64,000 nucleotides of DNA from Bigelowiella natans CCMP2755 (taxonomy: Eukaryota > Protista > Cercozoa). Below the pieces are notes generated by a model that saw only the letters and a program-made list of their open reading frames with translations, was not told where the DNA came from and made no database searches. Shown here in pieces: positions 14,440 to 25,789 of this stretch. A program made the translations under genes and the position numbers. Positions within the stretch are counted from its first letter, which is position 1; the number at the start of each line of letters is the position of its first letter. The stretch covers positions 1-64,000 of the forward strand of contig ADNK01000257.1 of the NCBI GenBank assembly GCA_000320545.1, given 5' to 3'.

Positions 14440-15513
14440 ACAGTCTAGATATATGCATGTACAATGTTGCATGTTTGGAAGCGCTGGTGCTTCACAAGCA
14501 CTACTTAAACACTAGCGAGCCTACATTCAATTATATAACATGTATCATATTACGTTGTCTATTATTACAACGTTAATAAATCTAGATAAAGCAGCTACGA
14601 ATAGAAATGCATCTGGCATATTATCCTTTGCTAATTTCTTGACATTTAATTACGTTCTTAACATGCCCAGTACTTGCGATACCGCGCGCCAAGTTAAAGT
14701 GCGCGAAATCAATTTCATGTTGTGGCCAAGCGAAGAGTCCTTGTTCAGCAGTGTTACTAAGATTGCATTGCAATTAATGTGACACATTGGATACATGCGA
14801 GACTGATGCAATAAAATGATCACATTCTTACGCTTTTGATGGTCATCCGCGATGTAGCTGTGCAAACATGAGATAGACAGGTGGCAATGAAATTGTTATG
14901 TCTTTTAAACAGTTATTCTAATGTATATAATCGTGCTAGTAAACTGCGGCTACATAGCTTGTATATGGATATGAAAGTGGCAAGACGGGTGTGATGAAGT
15001 GATTAAATCTTTTCAATGGTCATCCTGATGGACACGTGGAATGCACGCTTTGTATATTTGTCTGTTGTGTCGCCACGCAGCACATATGAGCGCGCACGCT
15101 ACATACACAGTAAGCACAGTAAGCACCTGCTGCATTTCTAAGGTACTCATATAATTAAATGCATGCTACTGCATAGCACGTGTACAATGATGCAGCCATC
15201 GTGCAACACGTAATTTAGCGACATCGCAAGTGTACGTTCCCAGGGCTTAACTGCGTACTAAATATTGCGAACAGAAAGTTTTATTCTCGTCGATCTCGTG
15301 CGTTGTCACATGGCAAATTATGAAACAATACATGAAGCCAGATCCCGTCGTGCGCTCAATCTGGACATACTCAGCTTAATTTCCATTATACTACACATGA
15401 CTAATCTAAAAAATGTACTTTTTGGGGGGGGGGGGGGGGGGGAGAGAGCTGGTACGCAGAGAGCGCACAGGGTGGCCGAGTGATACAGTAGCGATGGGAA
15501 GCGCTCTAAATCA

Positions 15514-17599
15514 CTACTCAATTTTAATTCTAGGTATCTCAGTGTAATTCTGGATAACAGCTTTGAACTCTTCCCACGATATCTGCCCGTCTCCATCCGG
15601 GTCCCCAGACTTTAGCATCTGGTCCACGTTTTGGGGTCCGAACGTGTGGTCCATGTTCACAAGGGAGTCGCTGAACACGCAAGCAACATTTACAATACAT
15701 GAGACCGTACTTTGCACATATGCGTTCAAAATCTGTAACATTAACGACCTTTCTTTTAAAGTTACAATAATATTACCGAATGTCCTTTCGCGATAAGAAG
15801 TTGTTTTTATCCCAATCCATCTTGTCGAACAATATTTTCATCTCACTCCAATCATACTCCCATCTGTCGACCGCTACAAGTGCACCTATTATACGATTGG
15901 AAGATGATAGACTCATAACCATGATAGATTTAGAGAAGAATAAACTGCAAAATACCTTCTGCCACCACTTCTGCTTCGGCATCTACAGAAAACAAAGCAA
16001 GTTAATAAAATAATGTTGCAATAAAATTACTTTCTGTCTTACTTTGTCCAGCTGCAAATAGCTTGCTCTTCTCTTCTGTATAATTAAAGCTAACGTGAGC
16101 TTCTTGTTTTGAATTCGAATCATAACGGCTAACATCACCTTCTTGCTGCTCAAACGGGGAGCCATGGGGCCAACCCAAGATATATTCTGCTATTTCGGGT
16201 ATTTTCGCCTTCTCAGGAGGTGTTTTCTTTCTGTTCGACTTAGCCGTTCTGTTTGTGTTCACCAACATATCAGATTGTTTTCTTTCTGTGACCAACATAT
16301 CAGATTGTTTACGAAAATGTTCCAAAAACTTCGTTTACTTGCTTGCTCCGTTACTCATGAGGATATCGATAACTTGCTTAACGTTTTCTTTGTGCCCTCG
16401 TTCCGCAGCAGAGTGAAGCGGCGTGAGGCCCTTAGCGTTTTTCAGCATGACATCCGCCTGGCCAACTTCGACCAGAGTTTTAACGCAGTCAACTTTCATG
16501 TACCATACACAAGCGTGCAACAAAGACGCCCCAGTTCTAGTTGTAGTCTGGTTTAAATTCAGATGACCCGACTTAATGATATCTCTGTTGTCACGAATAA
16601 TTTTGCAAAATTGATTCTCATCGAGATCTCCTTTCTGCAGCGCAAGAAGCTGGACCAACTCCTTGTACACACGCTCAGCTCGCTGTTTTTTCGTTTCTTT
16701 GGCTTCGACAGCTGATGAATCCGAGTCCGACAATAGCGACGAATCTCCAAGTTTATCCGAAATCTAGGATGTGACTTTTTCGTTAGCAATGAAGCTTCAA
16801 TGCGATCATTGTTAGAGTTACCTCGCTTATTTGTAGTGGTTCATCTTCCTCAACTTCAGAATCGTCATAATAATTCAGAATTTGTTTTCTCCATGCATCC
16901 CTTGCCCCACGAACGCGTTTTATCCCTGTCGTGCGCAAGCATTATGGCCTAGACAGTACGATGTTTCGAATACATAACTCACCTTTGAGATACTCCTTTG
17001 CTGTGCCTTCCATTTTCTTGGATTTAATTATATCCCATGAAGAGAGTCCTTGCTTATTTTTCAAATCCATATTCCCGCCCGCCTTGACAAGCATTCTCAG
17101 GCACGAGCTCACAGTGTCTCCTTTCCTAGCGATATTTTCTGCTAGAAAGTGCATCGGGGTTATCCTGAAATAATAAAAATAGTTATGATATCGAACTTCC
17201 AGTTCATTCTTTCACATAATTTCACCCTCTCAAGTTTTGCAAGTTTGGGTCTGCTTTCCAAGCTAGGAGCCATCTCGTCAGCTGTAAGAGAACAGAGGAA
17301 GAGAATCGAAAAACTGTGAGACAGATAAAAGTAGGTTCGCTTTATTTGCCTCACCTCGGTGTGCCTATACCAAATTGCTGTGTGGAGGAAAGAAGAGGAG
17401 TTCTTTGAAAATTGTCGGTTGAGATTCATCTTGTCTGCATATGGAGCTGCCTCGAGGAGGCATTCTCGAAAAGCAGTCATGTCCTGAAGTGGTCTCGTAT
17501 TAGATTGAATCTTTTCATCTAAACAAAACATACCATTTCTCGGACTTTCACCGAGAAAATCTTGGACAGTTTCTTGAAGGTAGCCTCCGGATCTCCCAT
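15514..17599 (-). CDS. Ankyrin-repeat protein (two duplicated ankyrin modules) with C-terminal EF-hands
   Basis: Short GT-AG introns join MGDPEATFKKL..LNRQFSKNSSSFLHTAIWY, LVKAGGNMDLKNKQG and LNQTTTRTGASLLHACVWY..KNAKGLTPLHSAAERGH. EF-hand loops DWDKNNFLSRKD and DPDGDGQISWEE follow. Confidence 0.85.
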
Positions 17600-18150
17600 G
17601 GTGGATAAGTTCCGACTTCAATTCCTACTTTTCACTCACCAAGACGGAAATAGTAATGGGATGGGGGAGGTTGTACTTCGTGTGGTGCTTTTGACGTTAC
17701 CGCCTCAATTTCATTTAGTATGCATGTGATTTAGGGGTTACGACAACACCAATTCAGTAAATATCACACAAAATGAGATTTAAAGGATGGCCAGACACAA
17801 CGACAGATAGTTTTCTTTGCCGCAGGATACGGTACGACAAGCATATGTCGGGAGTGGAACAGCACTTCGAAGACAACAACTCCGCAACACAACCGATCAC
17901 CGAGATCTCGAGCATGGCTACCAGGTTTCTTCCAAGCGCTTAGGGAGAAACTGGGTCCGTAGTAGAGTTTGAGGGTTTAGTAATACCATCACATAAATGC
18001 CTTGTTAAAGAAAATATCATTCCGCAAAACTATTCACAGAAATTATGGGGAAATTGATCGTCAGAACTTTCTGAATGCAACGTTTACCTTAATTTACAAC
18101 TCTATCTTCATGCTTGTTAATCCAGGAGGGAGAAAACGGAATAGATTCCT

Positions 18151-19231
18151 ATGAGCCATTCGGAGGATGGAAACGAGTCTAAACAGCTCGTCGGAGACTC
18201 TATTCAACTAGGATGTGTGGTGAGGAAAATCTAAAACTCTTGAAAAAATAGCTGAACTAATTAATATGCACCCAATACTAAAGGTCAGTCCACAGCTCGT
18301 ACAAGCTTTGCAGAACGATAGCGTGTTGCCAGGATTACTAGCCCACCTTACTACATCATTACGTGACCAATTTGGTACTATTATTTACTACACCATCCCT
18401 TCCAAAGTGCTAACTATCCGTTACATTAATCTGATAAGGAAATCCGATGTCTTCCGGAGAATTGAAGGGAAAATTAGTTGGTTTCTACTTTAGTGCAAGT
18501 GAGTTGCCATAATTTGTCCATATATGCACAATCTAGGACTGAAATTTTTCTTGGTACAGGTTGGTGTGGACCATGTCGAGCCTTCTCGCCAGTGCTGAGC
18601 AAAGTACCACCACAGAAAATTGTTACCCGTTTAACACTAATATTCCATCCCTCACTAAAGTTTCATGAAGAAAATATGGACGACTTCCGCGTCGTTCTTG
18701 TCAGCATGGACCGTACAGAGCAAGCGGTACGTTTAATCAGTTTTGAAACAATAATTCAGTGGCTGAAAAACAACTTAAAATAGATGCTGGAATACGCCAA
18801 GGGGAAAGGATTCCTTTGGGTACTATCACTGCATCCTTTAACTAACGGTAGTGGAGTATATTTTCGAATTGAATTATTATGATCAGATTGAGTATCGGAG
18901 CCAGCACAGAGACGACCTTATAAAGGAGCTCGGAATCAACTCCATTCCTTCACTTGTGGTTGTTGATACAGAAGGGAAAGTGAGTACCAAGATTTTCTTT
19001 TTAAATTCTTTTATCAATGGAATAATATGATACTCACATAATCTTCAACACAGGTTGTGACTAACTCAGGAAGGCTAGCAATACAATCGAATCCGGAGGG
19101 ATGTGTAGCAGATTGGAAAAAGGGTAACAAACGCTGATCGTCGCATTTTATTTTCGTCAATGTGATATCGTCTATTCGTAGGGTCAAGTGGATTCAAGCT
19201 TCTAAAGTTCCTTTCATCCTGCTGTTGCTGA
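18151..19231 (+). CDS. Nucleoredoxin/tryparedoxin-like thioredoxin
   Basis: Spliced exons give LKGKLVGFYFSA-S-WCGPCRAFSPVL, VVLVSMDRTE, LGINSIPSLVVVDTEGK|VVTNSGR and end SSCCC*. Start uncertain. Confidence 0.88.
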
Positions 19232-20474
19232 CACTCTTCTCAATACAGGATTGAGATTAGAAAAAATAGAAAATATTTAATTAACTACAAATTGTACGCA
19301 TAAGTTCGTATGCTACAATCAAAGTAATGGTAAAAGTAAAAATAGAAACATTTTAATGGGGGATAACATCAGCGTGTCATCGTGGTGGCTTTCTCTAATG
19401 CTTCTGGCATTAAGAGTAAGAGCCTGAGAAGTATTGCAGCATTTAAAGTTGTCCCCATCTACTAATAAAGTATACGAATCTCTATCAAAATTTCTATTCC
19501 CAGATTTCATTCCTAAAAATCTGCGCTGGCGCGTTTAGTTTACCGAGATAACTCGGACCAGCTGAATGTGTACCAAATTATATTTAAGCTAAGAAATCAG
19601 TCTCACGCAATTGCATATTTGCACTTACTGCATGAAGCTGATCAAAAGGGCACCGGCAGTGCTGACTTCAAAATAGCTGTTACGGACTACTCACATAGTT
19701 CCTCCAATGTTTTTCTTCGACAAGCTGTGCGAAGCGATTTGTCGTTAGATTTGATGTGCAAAGGACCATTGTTCTAGTAGTCATTGTTGTCTAGTTGTCA
19801 TTAGCGAATCAACACGTTTGCAAATGCAGCGTCCAAGTGTGCCAACCTAGCAACGCGCAACTTCGGGTGCAAAAGTGCTCACAACTTGCTGGCCGATGAT
19901 ATTTTTGGTTGATCAGGCTAGCAGGTGGGGCATCATGACACATGCGTGTGCGGAGCATCACATTGCAAACCACTAGCTAGACCATGATGCTCATCAGACA
20001 TGACAAATGTCATGTGTCAATTGCTGGATGGAGCCATGGAGAGTGTTGTGGTGGGTGTGAAGAGCACGTGATCTTTTGCATCGGATTGTTGTGGGGGCAC
20101 GGATCTCGACTTGTCAACGCTCAAACAACGAGCATCACCAGATCACACAAGCAACCAACGATGGTGCTGTGAGGCAACTTGCTAGCTTGAATGATGAGAT
20201 GATCCAATCAGGCTAGCAGGGTGCCATTCATTTGAGACCTGAAGGATCACTTCGCTTCACCGGCCTTGCTTTCATTTCGCGGTTGAATTGCCACAATGAT
20301 GAGGAACACAAACAATGACACCATGCGCGTTCCAGCGAACGAGCAAGTGCACGAACGAACGAAGTGGTGTCCTGACGGTGGAGTTGAAAGGGTCACTGGG
20401 TGTGTGGGTGGACCTGGAAGGATCACAGCACGCCTCAAATCGCGCACTCACATTTCATCCAAACGTGGGAGGCA

Positions 20475-21445
20475 ATGAACAATGAACAAGAACAAGAACA
20501 AGAACAAGAACAATGATGACGAACCACACTTCCAAAACGTTGCAAGACGTTTGCAGTGTGCAAAGTGCAGTGCCTCGAACTGGCTTCAGTGAGGACTGTG
20601 ACCAGCAAACCAACTGGCTGGTTTTTCAAAGTGGCACAATTCAGTCATTGTGAAGCAATGACACCAGCGGCAAAGTTCTGGCGGCGCAATAAAAGGCCTC
20701 CACTCTGAGCAAAAGCTTCCTGAAGGCCATGTCCACACAACGATCCACGTGTGGATCGTTTGAGGGGCCCCCCAGCAGAACTTTGGTTTTGAAAGAGTCT
20801 GGAGCGTCAAAGAATGAAGAGCAGAAGGAAGAAGCTGGGCCCAGAGCTGACCTCATGCGCGAGAGAAGTTTGTTTCTCTCTGCATTCAAGTGAGTGCAAT
20901 GATGGATGAGGTGGTTGACACTTTGAACAACTTCAGCATTGCAAAGAGGACAAACCGAGGAAGAGGGGGGCAAATTGCAAACTTCAGCCCTGTGTTCGTC
21001 AGTTTCGCAAGTCCCAGCGCGGAGCTGAAATTTGATCAACACTCCTGAATTGTCATGCCAATCATCGAGATGACACTCAAACAACCTGGAAGCTGGCCTT
21101 CCAATGTGGCTCTTCGCCCAGGCTCTGAGTTTGCAGATTGGGGCATCGGGTTTGACGCACGAACAAAAGCTGCGACACAAGTTGCCATTGGTGGACAGAT
21201 GAGCCCTGACTCTTCGATTGAGGTCAAGATCAACCAGTTTTGGACAGCAGGTCTGGTCCAAGTTGACTGGCGTGTCCAAGCCATGGGCAGAAGGCCACAG
21301 GCAGTGATGCGGTGAAGAACAGACCTGGTGTTGTGACCAACTTGAGCGCAGAGCATCAGCCTGATCCAGGGAAAGGTGCAAAAGATCCTTTGTCATGGAT
21401 TCATCAGGTTGCTGACGTGTCCTGCTCAGGAGGCTCATGAGAGAC
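20475..21445 (-). mobile_element. Non-LTR (LINE) retrotransposon 3' fragment with C-terminal CCHC zinc knuckle and simple-repeat tail
   Basis: ORF 20641-21684 contains KLRAW..HLDD..FQLRAGT..CPLCNAEVVQSVNHLIHHC..ER, the LINE ORF2 C-terminal signature. A short 3' UTR and an (AACAAG)n/AATGAAC tail follow at ~20475-20512. Confidence 0.7.
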
Positions 21446-21660
21446 TTGAACAATGAACAATGAACAACGATGAAGAACCACATTTCCAAAACGCAACAAG
21501 ACATTTGCAGTGCACGAAACGCAGTGCCTCGAACCAACTTCAGTGAGGACCATTTGGTGAAACCAAAAGGAATCAAGAATGGCATGAACAATGATGATGA
21601 ACTGCATTTCCAAAACGTCACGTGACGTTTGCAGTGTGCGAAACGCAGTGCCTCGAATTG
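20509..21660. repeat. Three diverged copies of a ~75-90-bp unit (LINE 3' end) at 20509-20598, 21463-21552 and 21587-21660
   Basis: Shared core ttccaaaacg..tttgcagtg..gcagtgcctcgaa. Copies differ repeatedly by TG versus CA at the same positions. Confidence 0.85.
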
Positions 21661-21891
21661 GCAAAAAGAGCTGTCACAGATCAAAAACCGCAGTGATTTG
21701 GAATGTCGTCTTTTGCTGAAGGAATTTGTTGCTCATTTCGTTTTTCGACTCATGCGTTCGTGGCGACTTAACGGGAAGCCTGACGTTTGTAAACAGCTTC
21801 GATTTTAGACTTACGACAAGTAATTCCCAACAATTTTACATGCAAGTAGCTCCAAGTTCGTGAGCCAGACGAAATAGAGCGTTATTGACGA

Positions 21892-22325
21892 ATGGGTTGC
21901 GGTGCCTCCCAAGGTGTGCTAATCGTGAAACCAGCTCAAGGACAAGACGAACAAGAGGCATCCACCCACGAACATAAAGAAACCACTTCTCCTCCACCAA
22001 CAAATTCTTCAATAATGTCCGCGAAAACGAAAATGGCTATTGACTTCGGAGGTTTGAAAGACAACATGTCGCAAATCTTCGCCAAGCATAGCCCTGCCAT
22101 GGTGCCCAAGATACCAGCAATGCTAGCACAGGTGAAGCAGATGGGCTTGGGGGCACTCCGAGGTTTGGTTCAGATGACAAAGCAGAGGATGAATGAGGAC
22201 TTGGAGGTGCCCTTTTTCGATCTGCTCGCTGTCCAGAAGGAAATGACGGATGTGTTCAACTCGAATGCTCCCGCTATGCTGCCCAAGGTCCCATTCTCCT
22301 CCTTTATTTCCACATCCCCCCCCCT

Positions 22326-22384
<59 letters not shown>

Positions 22385-22953
22385 CTCTCTCTCTCTTCCT
22401 TCACTCGATCGCTCAATCGTCGTCAACCCTCTGCTGTGCTGGACATCTCCAATCAGGTAAACGGCATGCTTGGATCCCTTTCTCGTGGAGATTTCACCCT
22501 TTCGCAGCTGTCCGTCATGCTCAAATCTAAGTATAACTACGACCTGAAAACAAAATCTGCGCCCCAGAACATCCTCTCCAATGGGTCCCAAAGCTCGGCT
22601 GCATCGAGTGGGGCGCCGAAAACGGAGTCGAAAACTGCAAATGCAGCTGCTGTCCGACAGTCAAGACCTACTGTAACAACGATAACGAAGGAGACCATTA
22701 CGCAGCAACCTTCTGGAGTACAGAGGGTCATCCAGAAAACTGTCATCGTTAAGGAACAGCAAAAGGATGGTAATGCGGCGCATTACATGCACGCCCTGAA
22801 TCGTTTCCACAACATGTTAAACATTGCGCGCGCTCATGATTGCATATTTATGGACATCCAATGCCATCGCAGGCAGTTTGGTATACACATGTATGAATGC
22901 GCATAGAATTGGATGCCTGCTAGCGATGGTGAACTTGCAAATAATAAAGTTTG

Positions 22954-22992
<39 letters not shown>

Positions 22993-24604
22993 TACATATT
23001 GAGTAGGGAAAATCCCCACCGCAAACGGTTGGAGCAAGGATAGCGATTTTGGAACTCCGAAGGAGTGTCGCGAATACTTGGAAAAATTCAACTTTGATTA
23101 CAGAGATCCCTACGAGTCCAAAAGAGGCCAGAAAATTCACGTGCGATCACATTCACGTTATCACATCGACTTACCTTGCTAAAACGCACATCCTGTATTT
23201 CTTAACATTTAGTTCTTTTGAAAGATCCTCACCAGTGTTAAAATCTCTTCAGTGATAACATGTGTTGCTGCGGTGGCGTTATCATCGTTACTAAAGGAGG
23301 GTCTGGGCGGTTCCATAAATCTTATGTGGGGCAAGAAGTATTATCCACAGGGTGGAAAGGAAATTAAGCTTAACGGGACATACGCTCTCACGTGGCTTAC
23401 TGCACGACTCAAGGAAAGCGCTGAGAAGAAGAATTGCGATTGGAAAGCGTCAGTGGATTTTTCAATTCAGCTTCCCCTATATTGTTTATCCTTTCACCCT
23501 GACCGACGCAGCTATTTGTTCCCTATCTCACCTCTCCTCCTCGCTTATATATCTTCCTCTTCCTTCCTTCTTCCATGTCATCCATCACCTTTTCAGTGTC
23601 CAAGATCTTGTCTTCGACAAGCAATACTGGGCTGAAAAGAAGTGGAAGAGCGATAAAGAATTCAAGAAGATCCTCATCAAATGCATGAGCTACAACTGCG
23701 AAAAGCAGCAGGCTCATACAAAGAAATTTGTCACCCCTGAACTGAGCGACGACCGTAAGGGTATTTATGTTAATAAATTAATAAACGCATATTTGATACC
23801 GTATCATGTCGTTATTTTTGTCCTGTGACAGGGGGAGCAGCCTATGTGAGCTGCATTGCACAATAAATTAATTGCCATTTTTTTGATTTCGGAACATAAT
23901 TAGATATTCACAGATACTCGTGGCGTGTAACGTTGATGGAATACTTTTTTCGCGTGTTATGTCCTTGCTTGAACGAAATAGGAAACGTTGTTCTCAAGGG
24001 AATCGTCGAAGGAGTTATCGAGCCAGACTATCTTGAGTGCGGGCTCCCAACAGTGATGATGTGGGAAAAAGGAGATCAATACGCGTTTGAAGATTTGCGT
24101 GCAAGCTCCTACGTCATGAAATGCCTACTCTTTGCAAAGCTAGGCAAAGCTCCAGGGATGTTTTCGGGCAGCAAAGGAAAAACATACAAAGCTTTGCTTA
24201 AAGCCGTGTTCAATGCCGACATAAAAGATCACAATGATGAGTACACAGGTGAACTCTTGGAAGAAATCAAATATGAGAAGCATGGGGATCAGCGCGACAA
24301 TCGCTTTGTCCATGCATACCTCTATCAATGTTCAAACTGCAATTTTAAATCTTTTTCAAATCTAAATGCTGGGGAGAGTCTTGCCCTGCCGCATTTCATC
24401 AAACGGAGGACGGAGATAAGCAGTCATGCCATGAAGCAGCAGAGTCGTTCTAGTGCAAATCAAAACTCATCAAGCCGTCTGAGAGAAAAACTTGCGTTTG
24501 AAAAGAACGCTCTGCAATCTCACACTAAAAATGGAATGCACCAATTGGCCGACTCTAGCAAAAGGAGAATCAGGGAACTTGAGAAGCAATTAGCGAAGGC
24601 CTAG
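21892..24604 (+). CDS. Uncharacterised protein with N-myristoylation/palmitoylation start (MGCGAS), duplicated N-terminal helical module and C-terminal coiled coil
   Basis: Coding-like exons across 21892-24604 with GT-AG junctions. The last exon is the long ORF 23933-24604. No family recognised. Confidence 0.7.
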
Positions 24605-24948
24605 GGGGAATAATTGAAACACAGAACAGAGAACGTTTGCAAAGTATGCATACGTAACGTTGTTGCACGTACGTACATCGTTCACGATTGCCGTGTCGTC
24701 TCAATCTTCCCGCTGCTACGTAATGAGCTGGTCGTAGTACTGAAATACAAGCACATAGGTGTAGCACGTACAAGCTTGTCGTTTTAACAACGTAACGGAA
24801 CACCCCGCCGCATAGCACCAGTCAGATATTAAAAATAAGCGCAACATCTAGAGCTCGCTCTAACTAACTAACATGTTGTTTCTCATGTAGAAGTGCTAGA
24901 GTGCTTGCGGTACTATTTGCGCGCAAGTCTCCACCATGCTAGCATAGT

Positions 24949-25389
24949 ATTCCTTTGATTGTTCAATGAATGCGCAATGATGCAATTGTTGCATGTCAAT
25001 TGGAGCGACCACAACGCACGGACCCCGTGTTGCGCATGCTCGGGCGTTGTCGGGACACGCACATTTGTGCGCTTGTGAGGCACAGCCATTGACTTGCGAA
25101 AAGCTGCTGCGCAGTTGTGAGAGGGAGGTGGGAAACTGCTGTGAGCCCCGCCAGCTGCAGTGCAGAATCAATCAAACTCAAAATTTGAGCTGCTTCATCC
25201 GCAAGCGACACGCTCATGATGCTGGAAGGAACTCAACATCTTAGTGCTCTGTAACAGTGGCATTTGTTGGTCTAGTGTCTCATTGCGCATGAAACTGATG
25301 TCGCAATGAGTCAGCGCCATGCCATCATGATCATTGCTCGCACTCTAGCGAATGGCGCGACCGTTTCACACATCATGGTCCGAAGTCGA
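24949..25389. other. TpA-depleted intergenic patch (probable eroded repeat)
   Basis: No TA from ~24950 to 25241. After that only ttag, gtaa and two CTAG occur up to 25389. Rich in TGCA/CATG. Confidence 0.7.
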
Positions 25390-25789
25390 TATCATAGACA
25401 CGTAATATCATGTACATACTATGCATGCTATTGCTATGTCTATCATGAGTATAGCTCTATTTTTAATCCAGGGTATACTTATTATAGACACGTAATATCA
25501 TGTACATGTACTACATGTGCTATTACTATGTCTATTATCGATCGTTCGGCCGTTTGCTTTGCAATGACAACCATGGACACGGTGTACATATAGTGACAAA
25601 AGAAAGAAACTCTCTAACCTTCTCACGTGCATGCATGCTCTGTGGTGCAACAATGCTGAACCTCTGTGTGCAGTTGCTTGCAAGGTTAATAAATTATGTG
25701 TACATGCAGCAAACCAAAGCGATTTGCACGTTCTCAATCGTTTTTTGAAAAACAAACTCGACATGCTACGGACTGCTCGTCAATGTCAA

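Larger units (their letters stand above)
940..14460. repeat. Dense intronic microsatellites ((TA)n, (GA)n, (GT)n, (GAT)n, (CTA)n, (CTT)n); also at 22330, 22955, 39005, 55435-55575 and 60230-63050
   Basis: Directly visible runs, e.g. (TA)n 2648-2692, (GA)n 11748-11782, (CTA)n 10850-10888, (TA)n 14403-14435. Confidence 0.95.
19902..21768. other. TpA-depleted (hypermutated) repeat domain
   Basis: By eye, about 1.87 kb contains 1 TA outside CTAG (20690) plus 5 CTAG. CpG is still common. Flanks have normal TA. Confidence 0.9.

Noticed and set aside
20509-21660. CRISPR-like or regularly spaced array
   Set aside because: Only three diverged copies with irregular spacing, eukaryotic context, and no cas genes.
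19902-21768. CpG methylation decay or classical RIP as the cause of the TG/CA excess
   Set aside because: CpG remains frequent and TA is the missing dinucleotide. RIP would create TA. Eroded codons map to Tyr rather than Arg.
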